A stretch of DNA of 36,833 bases, taken from contig CAYYBI010000397.1 in the NCBI GenBank assembly GCA_964469835.1, positions 1-36,833 on the forward strand, in the 5' to 3' direction. This document shows positions 19,100 through 25,828 of the stretch, one piece after another. The position numbers were made by a program, and so were the translations under genes. Each line of letters opens with the position of its first letter. Position 1 is the first letter of the stretch. The notes under the pieces are model-generated. The model had not been told where the DNA came from. It ran no database searches and saw only the letters and a list, made by a program, of their open reading frames with translations. Origin of the DNA: an uncultured Rhodospirillaceae bacterium. Its GTDB lineage: Bacteria > Pseudomonadota > Alphaproteobacteria > UBA8366.

Positions 19100-19600
19100 A
19101 TGCCATATGATCTTTCCCGGCTGCAGATACTCGTCGTAGAAGACGGTGCATTCATGCAGCGAATTCTGCGGGAGTTGCTGAGATCGATCGGCGTGCCGTC
19201 AATCAACATCGCGATCGTGCCGGACGGTGAATCCGCCCTCAGGGTGCTGCGCGACAAAACGCCGGACATCGTTGTCTGCGATTGGCAAATGCCCGGCATG
19301 AGCGGCCTTGAACTAATCCGAAAAATGCGGGATCCGAAGGCAGGTTCAAATACCTATGTTCCGATCATCCTCTGCACCGCTTTCACCGACCGCGCAAAGA
19401 TAGAAGCGGCGCGCGACGCGGGCGTGCACGAAATTCTCGCAAAGCCGCTCAAGGCCGAAGACATGTATGCGCGCATTGCCAGCATCATCGAGTCCCCCCG
19501 CCCCTTTATCCGGGCACCCAACTATTTCGGTCCGGATCGCCGGCGACAGGATCTGCCTTTCGACGGGCCTGATAAGCGACAGGACACCGTGCAGCTCTAA
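19100..19600 (+). CDS. Single-domain response regulator (CheY-like receiver) with a short basic C-terminal tail
   Basis: 166 aa. LQILVVEDGAFMQRIL..., the phospho-acceptor context IVVCDWQMPGMSGLEL and a conserved K in ILAKPL. The tail is PNYFGPDRRRQDLPFDGPDKRQ. No kinase gene is adjacent. Confidence 0.85.
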   Translation: MPYDLSRLQILVVEDGAFMQRILRELLRSIGVPSINIAIVPDGESALRVLRDKTPDIVVCDWQMPGMSGLELIRKMRDPKAGSNTYVPIILCTAFTDRAKIEAARDAGVHEILAKPLKAEDMYARIASIIESPRPFIRAPNYFGPDRRRQDLPFDGPDKRQDTVQL

Positions 19601-19783
19601 CCCATTGCGCATCCGTGTTTTCGTCGCGTGGCGGGCGTACTTCCGCAATACCGAAAATTTCAAAGCCAGGGTTGGGAACAAGCCAGGTATGGGACACCCT
19701 TGATCCCACGCGCAATGCGCTATGATCTGGCAGCAATGGCATTTGAAACTTTGCCGATCAACAGCCAATCCGAAAGAGCGCGC

Positions 19784-21022
19784 ATGACCAATCCCAGCGA
19801 ACCGTCCAAGGCAGCGCCGCCCCCACTCGACGGTATTAAGGTGCTTGATTTCAGCCACGTGCTTGCGGGTCCGTGGGCGACGCTCAACCTTGCCGATCTC
19901 GGCGCCGAAATCATCAAGATCGAAACCCCCAAAGGGGGAGACGATTCCCGCAATTTCGAACGGGTGGAAGCGCTGCACGGCGAGTCCGCGTATTTTCCAT
20001 TCGTGAACCGAAACAAGCTCAGCCTTGCGCTCGATTTTTCAACGCCATCGGGATGCGCGGTGGCCAAAAAATTGGCAGCCGGTGTGGATATTCTGATTGA
20101 AAATTTTCGGCCCGGCGTCATGCAACGCCGCGGTCTCGATTACGACTCCCTGCACGTGCTCAATCCGGGTCTCATCTATTGCTCGATCTCGGGTTACGGC
20201 CACGACAGTCCGTATCGGGACCTGCCCGGCTACGATCCGGTGGCGCAAGCCGAGAGCGGCATGATGTCGTATAACGGCGAACCCGGCGGCGCCCCTTTGC
20301 GCACCGGCGTCTCCTACGGCGATATGTTTGCCGGCATGTATGCCTCACAGGCGATCCTCGCGGCCCTGCACGTGCGTGGCCGCGACGGGATGGGCCAGTT
20401 CATCGATATCGCGCTGCTGGACACCACCGTGGCAATGACCGCCAATCTCGCGCAACGATATTTCATCACCGGGGACAACGCCGAGCGGGTCGGCAACAGC
20501 CATCACTTCCTCGAACCAGTCTGCCTGTTCGACGCAAAGGACGGTCTGATCTCGCTGATTATCGGCAATGAGCGCCAATGGGAACGGTTCTGCAAAGACG
20601 TGATTGAACGCCCCGATTTGCTCGACGATCCGCGCTTCGCCACCAACGCCGACCGCATGCAGCACCGCGCGAAAACCCGCGAGCTGCTCGGCGCAATATT
20701 GCGTCGTGACACGAGGGCAAATTGGGTTCGCAAGTTCCGCAAGGCCGGCGTGCCGGCGGGTGCGGTGCGTGAGGTCGGCGAAGCGCTCACCAGCCCCGAA
20801 GTCGAGGCGCGCGGGTTGATCTACGAAGTGGCGCATCCGCTGGCCGGGTCCATCCAAGTGGTCGGGACGCCGATGCGGCTTTCGCGCACGCCAGCGGCCA
20901 AGCCTGCCCCGGCGCCGGCGCTCGGTCAGCAATCGGCCGAAATCCTGCGCCGCTTCGGCTATACCAACCGAGATATCGCGGCGCTTCGGGCCGACGGCGC
21001 CATTCCGGGCGGCGAGGAATAG
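19784..21022 (+). CDS. Family III CoA-transferase (CaiB/BaiF family)
   Basis: From ATG 19784: MTNPSEPSKAAPPPLDGIKVLDFSHVLAGPWATLNLADLGAEIIKIE..., the typical N-terminus of this family. The upstream extension to 19628 in the track is not protein-like. Confidence 0.9.
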   Translation: MTNPSEPSKAAPPPLDGIKVLDFSHVLAGPWATLNLADLGAEIIKIETPKGGDDSRNFERVEALHGESAYFPFVNRNKLSLALDFSTPSGCAVAKKLAAGVDILIENFRPGVMQRRGLDYDSLHVLNPGLIYCSISGYGHDSPYRDLPGYDPVAQAESGMMSYNGEPGGAPLRTGVSYGDMFAGMYASQAILAALHVRGRDGMGQFIDIALLDTTVAMTANLAQRYFITGDNAERVGNSHHFLEPVCLFDAKDGLISLIIGNERQWERFCKDVIERPDLLDDPRFATNADRMQHRAKTRELLGAILRRDTRANWVRKFRKAGVPAGAVREVGEALTSPEVEARGLIYEVAHPLAGSIQVVGTPMRLSRTPAAKPAPAPALGQQSAEILRRFGYTNRDIAALRADGAIPGGEE

Positions 21023-21106
21023 ACGCGACACCGGAAATCCGAAGCCACTAAGCCATCCGCCGGCTCTTGCCCGGTCAAACGGATCAATAAGTAAGGAAAC
21101 GTCGAA

Positions 21107-21595
21107 ATGCCATCGCCATCCGCCGACACGGTGCTGAAACGCCTACGCGACTTGGGCATTGACCTGCCTGACCCGGAAACCACCGTCTATGACTATATCC
21201 CGCTTTCGATACACAACCGGGTCGCCTATATGGCGGGGCAAATTCCCAAACGCCCGGGCGGATTGATCGCGGTCGGCAAGGCCGGCGATGAGGTTTCGCT
21301 AGAGCTCGCCCAGGAAGCCGCCCGCGTTTGTGTCGAACAAGCGCTTTCCTGGATCCACGCCAAGGCCGGCGGGGTCGACAAAGTGGAGCGTGTCTTACGC
21401 ATGGACTGCTATGTCGCCGCCGCCGAGGGTTTCGAGCAAATCTCCGATATCGCCGATGCAGCGTCGGGACTGCTGATCGCGCTGTACGGCGAGGCGGGCC
21501 GGCATCCCCGCTCGGTTATCGGCGTCTCCCGCCTGCCTCGCCAGTCGCCGGTGCTTCTCGAACTAACCTTCGCGCTCAAAAGGGATCCGGAATAA
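21107..21595 (+). CDS. RidA/YjgF-family protein
   Basis: 162 aa of YjgF/RidA-like architecture (AYMAGQIPK..., ...VIGVSRLPRQSPVLLELTFAL). Confidence 0.8.
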   Translation: MPSPSADTVLKRLRDLGIDLPDPETTVYDYIPLSIHNRVAYMAGQIPKRPGGLIAVGKAGDEVSLELAQEAARVCVEQALSWIHAKAGGVDKVERVLRMDCYVAAAEGFEQISDIADAASGLLIALYGEAGRHPRSVIGVSRLPRQSPVLLELTFALKRDPE

Positions 21596-21618
21596 GCGGC
21601 AATCCTAAACCCGAACGA

Positions 21619-22017
21619 TCAAGCCTTCGCCTTCCAGACCTTGGTCGCATAGTTCTCGTTCACGAGGTCGAACACCACGCCGTTGGGATCGCGATACTTC
21701 TGCTCCGTATCGGAGTGCTCCCGGCTGGGAATGCGCATGTGATATTTCGCGCCGTTGTCCGTGACGGCTTTGCCGGCTTCCTCCAGATCGTCGACGACAA
21801 AACCGATATGATGCAGTCCGAAGAAGTCCTTTCCCCGCTCATCCCCTGCGGTCTTGTCGTCGGGGAAGTTCAGGATTGCGAGGCTGACCGTCCCGTCGGA
21901 CAGCAGGACGCCGAATTTCGACTCGTAAACCCGCTCCATTTCGAAGGATTTTTGATAGAAGGCCGCGGTCGCTTCCGGATCCGGTACGGTAATCGCCACG
22001 TGTCGCAATTTCGCCAT
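21619..22017 (-). CDS. VOC family protein (glyoxalase/bleomycin-resistance/dioxygenase fold)
   Basis: MAKLRHVAITVPDPEATAAFYQKSFEM...GLHHIGFVVDDLEEA. ATG 22017 sits 9 nt after AAGGA. The track start at 22026 is the alternative. Last gene of the selenoprotein operon. Confidence 0.85.
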   Translation of the reverse strand: MAKLRHVAITVPDPEATAAFYQKSFEMERVYESKFGVLLSDGTVSLAILNFPDDKTAGDERGKDFFGLHHIGFVVDDLEEAGKAVTDNGAKYHMRIPSREHSDTEQKYRDPNGVVFDLVNENYATKVWKAKA

Positions 22018-22082
22018 GGATATCATCCTTTATGCAGTGAGCCCGATCCGATTATTCAGAGCCCGGACGTTCTGGTTGGTCG

Positions 22083-23189
22083 CTAGTTCAGTAAGTCCCG
22101 CACGGCGCCAAGCGGCGCGCCGTCTTTCCGCAGGATCGGTTTGGTGACGCTGAGATTATAGCTGGCGTTAAGAATCGCGTTCATGTGGCGGCCGGGACCG
22201 CCGGCAATCACGATCAAGATGTCCTCCGGCTTGGAGACGATCGGCGCCATGCAATCGTCATCGTCGAGATCGACACACGCTGCCATCGGTGTGGTTCCCC
22301 AACCGCCGCGATTACGCAGCTTGCCGACCGGCTGGCGCGCGGTTTCGAACAGATAGCGCCGAACATCCGCTTTGCTCCAGCCGCGCTCGTCAAGCCAATT
22401 TGCGGATTCGGCGGTCATCAGCAGCATCTGCTCGCTTTCCAGGCCGCTGCGGTAGAGGCTGTTCGCGCCGAGATGCGCCATCGCCGACGCGCCGCTGCCG
22501 AGATATAATTCCGGTGTCTCGCTCACCAGGTCGTTCACATTGTGCGGCGCCTCGCCGCAATAGAGCGTGACGGTACTGGTACCGGGATCGAAACCGCGGT
22601 CCCCGTGCAGCGGCGTCCAGGGACTGCCCTCTTCATCCTCGCCGAGGCAATAGCTGTATTTCCCGGGATGGCCATGGGTTGCCATATCGGTCACGCCGGG
22701 CACGCCGCCGCCGACATTGATCAACAGTAGCCGAAGCGCCCTGCCGATCGTGGCGTTGGCGCGAAAACCCTGGCCGAGGACGTTCCGATGGCAGTTGACG
22801 TCAAGCTCGTGCCGGACCGGCCCGTTTATGATGATCAGATGGGCGCCGGGATGCGTCGTGGTCTGCCGGCCATAGAGATTATATTGCGGTTCGGCCACCG
22901 CTTCGGTCGCCGCGATGAGCACCGGCAAAAATTCCGGCTTGCAGCCCGCCATGACCGCGCTAACGGCGATCTTCTCAACCGTCGCCGCGCCCCCCTTGGG
23001 CGGCAGTTCAACGACGGTCTCCTCCGGCGCACGATCGGTGTAGCGCAAGGTCTCTCCCACCAAATCCTCGGTCGGCGGGATGATGGGAAGTCCATCGGTC
23101 CAACCGTTTGCACAGAAATGCTCATAAACCGCATAAGGCGAGTCCGGAAGCTCGAGAAACTTCCCGTCGCTGTCCCGGGGGCCTGCCAT
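22083..23189 (-). CDS. Conserved-looking hypothetical protein (368 aa), partner of the UGSC selenoprotein
   Basis: Long ORF with gene-like codon bias. The probable start is ATG 23189 (MAGPRDSDGKFLELPDSPYAVYEHFCANGWTDGLPIIPPTEDL...), 7 nt after the upstream stop. I could not recognise a domain by eye. Confidence 0.7.
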   Translation of the reverse strand: MAGPRDSDGKFLELPDSPYAVYEHFCANGWTDGLPIIPPTEDLVGETLRYTDRAPEETVVELPPKGGAATVEKIAVSAVMAGCKPEFLPVLIAATEAVAEPQYNLYGRQTTTHPGAHLIIINGPVRHELDVNCHRNVLGQGFRANATIGRALRLLLINVGGGVPGVTDMATHGHPGKYSYCLGEDEEGSPWTPLHGDRGFDPGTSTVTLYCGEAPHNVNDLVSETPELYLGSGASAMAHLGANSLYRSGLESEQMLLMTAESANWLDERGWSKADVRRYLFETARQPVGKLRNRGGWGTTPMAACVDLDDDDCMAPIVSKPEDILIVIAGGPGRHMNAILNASYNLSVTKPILRKDGAPLGAVRDLLN

Positions 23190-23196
23190 GCCGATG

Positions 23197-23748
23197 CTAA
23201 GCCGGGTTGAGCAGTGAATCGACGATCGCGTCGGACGCGTCACGCGCGACACCGCGCACTTCATCGACGGGCCGCGCCGAAATAGGATGCGGAATGACGA
23301 TCAGCGGCAATGTCTCCATGCTTTGCAACTTGGTCAGCAGCCGGCCGTATTCGGCAAACACCGTGGTGACGATAGTGCCGGTCGCAATTCCTTCCCGTTC
23401 GAACGTCATGCTGTCATGGACACTCCACGACGTGCATGACCCTCAATCCCCGAGGGCAGTAACCACTCCATCGCAGTCGCTCTTGATCGCCGCGAACATC
23501 TCCGGCCGCGCGCCGCTGACGCTTTCTTTCCGGTAATGCCGCACCTCGACACCGGGGAAACGTTCCTTGAGGCGCGCCTCCACCACTTCAAAGATGATTT
23601 CTGTACGGTCCTTGGTGTTGTTAAGCAGGCCAATGACCTTACCATCGAGGCTATCAAAGCGGCGGGCCGGAGAATCCTGGTTGTCCGTTTCTTCGGCGGC
23701 GGGGTTATAGACACGCACCGTGCGCGTGTTCCGCGTGCTGCCATCCAT
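23197..23748 (-). CDS. UGSC-type selenoprotein (183 aa with selenocysteine at codon 102, encoded by TGA at 23445..23443)
   Basis: ATG 23748 lies 8 nt after GGAG. Track ORFs 23443..23988 and 23197..23409 share one frame and are joined by TGA GGG TCA TGC, which reads ...SDCDGVVTALGD-U-GSC-TSWSVHDSMTFEREGIATG... The 11 sense codons from GGG to AGC, between the TGA and the next ATG, keep gene-like third-position GC. A hairpin follows the TGA. Confidence 0.75.
23413..23440 (-). other. Candidate SECIS-like hairpin immediately 3' of the UGA codon
   Basis: The mRNA reads UGA GG-GUCAUG-CAC-GUCGUGGA-GUG-UC-CAUGAC. This gives a 6-bp lower stem, a 3-bp upper stem with a UC bulge, and an 8-nt G/U-rich loop. 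A second CAUGAC copy 3 nt further on offers an alternative pairing. Confidence 0.35.
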
Positions 23749-24006
23749 CGATCGATCTCCTATCTCGGCACCCGGTCGACCGGTGCCGGCGACGTCCGGC
23801 AAAAACCGAGCTTCTACACGGCAGTCTATATCGGCAAGAGAGATGATGTAACCCAGCCCCGTACCCGAGCACGACCGATCTGCAATCAGTAATACCTCGA
23901 CATCCATCGCAACTTGCCGGCGCAGGGACAGCACAATGCTGCGCGGCGACAACAAAGAGGCGCTCGAGACCGACCCTCGTTCAAGCATCTATCGCCGCTC
24001 GACAAC

Positions 24007-24180
24007 CTATCCGAAGTTTTTCGAACCGGAGCGAATCCGCGGTACCGTTCCCGATTTCGATTTATGGCAGCCGGATACCTCCGCGTGCTGGCCAGATTCC
24101 AGCACGCCCAAAAGCTTCTGCTTTGACTTCCGCCATTCCGATCCGGTCGCCAAGACCTCGACGCGGTCGACAGTCACCAT
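24007..24180 (-). CDS. Possible small protein (57 aa), very uncertain
   Basis: Part of track ORF 24007..24216. From the internal ATG: MVTVDRVEVLATGSEWRKSKQKLLGVLESGQHAEVSGCHKSKSGTVPRIRSGSKNFG. Third-position GC is about 70% by hand count, similar to neighbouring genes. There is no recognisable family and the SD is poor. Confidence 0.25.
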   Translation of the reverse strand: MVTVDRVEVLATGSEWRKSKQKLLGVLESGQHAEVSGCHKSKSGTVPRIRSGSKNFG

Positions 24181-24462
24181 CCTGATAACTTCGTCCTTGC
24201 AGAATATGTAAATCATAAATACCGCTAAAGCGGCCGCTTTTGTTAAAACAAACCCATAAATTATTCTTGAAAATACTATTTTATTACTTCGTTAATGCAA
24301 ATCACTGTTATCCCTTACATTAAAAATAACAAACTTACATAGATCTATATTCGAATTAGCCTGTCGCTATTTAGCCATTTCCGTACAACCCAACGGGCAC
24401 AAATACTGCAATCCGCTACAACGCCGGAGGCGCATTCACGTCAAGGACCCGAAACGGCGCGA

Positions 24463-24774
24463 TCACTTCTTTTCAGCTTCAACAATTGGCGCCGATGGTG
24501 GCCGGTCCCCGCGCCGCACGGCGGCGTTCCAGCACTCGACACAAACCGCATAGGTGCCAAAGGCTCCTCCATCCGACAAAATACCATGGTCACACAGTTG
24601 GCAGAATTGCCATGCGTGGCCATCCATCTCGACATATCTTTCGCGCGCACTGCCGATGACCTGCCCTTCATGGGCGGCGTGACACGTTGGATCGAGACAC
24701 ACGGCAGGACCAATTCTGCCCTTCCCGCAAACCAGGCAAATAGGAAAATAACCGTCTTCGTCCTGATTGCTCAT
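24463..24774 (-). CDS. Cysteine-rich small protein (103 aa, two 4-Cys clusters; putative zinc-binding)
   Basis: MSNQDEDGYFPICLVCGKGRIGPAVCLDPTCHAAHEG...FCQLCDHGILSDGGAFGTYAVCVECWN. Cys at positions 13, 16, 26, 31, 58, 61, 78 and 81. AGGGG SD-like motif and a TTGAAT-N17-TACATA promoter-like pair upstream on the minus strand. Confidence 0.6.
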   Translation of the reverse strand: MSNQDEDGYFPICLVCGKGRIGPAVCLDPTCHAAHEGQVIGSARERYVEMDGHAWQFCQLCDHGILSDGGAFGTYAVCVECWNAAVRRGDRPPSAPIVEAEKK

Positions 24775-24872
24775 GCAGCGCCCCTGCCCGATTAAACCTT
24801 GACGGTGTCTATGTATATGAATTTATTAAATCATTCAACAAACACCAAGGCCAACGTACGACCAAGCGCGTC

Positions 24873-25568
24873 TCAGTTTGCCGACACCCACCCCGGCACC
24901 TGCCCTAGGTTGTTTTCAACCGATTTCACGCCCGGCGTATTTTCCGCCGCTAATTGTGCCGCTTTTTTTTCATTTCGGCTCTCGACCAAGCCCCAAAGCT
25001 GCACCGCGCCATCCTCGACCAGCACATTAATTCGGCCCGCCCGGAGCCCCACGTCCGTGCACAACGTTTGCATTAAGGACTCCCGGATCGTGCGGTCGTC
25101 TACCGAAACGGGCGCCCGTTCGGCGCTCCCTCTACGCGCCAGTCCCTGCAGCAAATTGGCGCGGCTCACAATGCCGACGAGCTTTCCATCCCGCAGAACC
25201 GGCGCCCGCTTTATGTGATGTTTCTCAAGCAGCGCCGCGATTTTATCGACCGGCGTATCTTCCGCGACGGCCACCAGATCACGAGTCATGACCTCTCCGG
25301 CCATCATGCCGTGGCTTTTGACATACGCTGCGGCTTTGTCGTCGGCTGAAAAAAGCGCTTCGAGCCACCAAGATTGCCGGGCAACGGTCTCATTTTCGTC
25401 GCGCCGCATCAGGTCGCCTTCGCTCACGATACCGACGGCCCGGTTATCCGCGTCGACAACGGGTACGGCACTGATCCGATGCGTCAAAAGGATTCCCGCA
25501 ATATCGCGGACGGATGTTTCCGGTAGCACCGAAATCACAGTGGTCGTCATGATATCTTTGGCTTGCAT
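24873..25568 (-). CDS. CBS-pair plus BON domain protein
   Basis: ATG 25568 follows GGAGGAATTCCC. MQAKDIMTTTVISVLPETSVRDIAGILLTHRISAVPVVD... forms two CBS motifs. The C-terminal INVLVEDGAVQLWGLVESRNEKKAAQLAAENTPGVKSVENNL is BON-like. The track start at 25613 is less likely. Confidence 0.85.
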   Translation of the reverse strand: MQAKDIMTTTVISVLPETSVRDIAGILLTHRISAVPVVDADNRAVGIVSEGDLMRRDENETVARQSWWLEALFSADDKAAAYVKSHGMMAGEVMTRDLVAVAEDTPVDKIAALLEKHHIKRAPVLRDGKLVGIVSRANLLQGLARRGSAERAPVSVDDRTIRESLMQTLCTDVGLRAGRINVLVEDGAVQLWGLVESRNEKKAAQLAAENTPGVKSVENNLGQVPGWVSAN

Positions 25569-25669
25569 GGGAATTCCTCCATTACATGGAGCGGTGCGCA
25601 TCGCACCCCCCACATTGTCAAGTTGAAGGGACCACGAAACAAATTTTATTGGATCGGCGGCGCATCGTA

Positions 25670-25683
25670 TTGAGACGGATCAA
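25670..25683. promoter_or_regulatory. FNR/FixK/Dnr-type box (TTGAG-ACGG-ATCAA)
   Basis: Matches 9 of 10 positions of the TTGAT-N4-ATCAA consensus. It is centred about 108 bp upstream of the CBS-BON start codon. Confidence 0.35.
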
Positions 25684-25828
25684 CAGGCCCCGGTTGAATC
25701 TTCCGGACCTCAAAAAACAAGTTATTCAGTTTTTCAAACACTCGGCGCGGATTCCTCATACGGAACATTGTGTGATCACCAGCAACCTCCGGCTGGCCAA
25801 GCATCGACCTCGCGATTTCGTGCCGCCG

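Noticed and set aside
23749-23988. N-terminal 80 aa of track ORF 23443..23988 as part of the selenoprotein
   Set aside because: This stretch uses rare codons (GTA, TTA, ATA) and lacks an SD. ATG 23748 has a well-placed GGAG. The alternative start at 23907 cannot be fully excluded.
24300-24330. DnaA-box-like TTATCCCTT in the AT-rich tract, as a possible replication-related element
   Set aside because: It is a single 6-of-9 match with no clustered boxes and no neighbouring replication genes.
24961-24970. A8/T8 homopolymer inside the CBS-BON coding region as a phase-variation tract
   Set aside because: It encodes E-K-K in frame within a normal BON domain. Eight residues is short for slipped-strand switching, and there is no supporting context.
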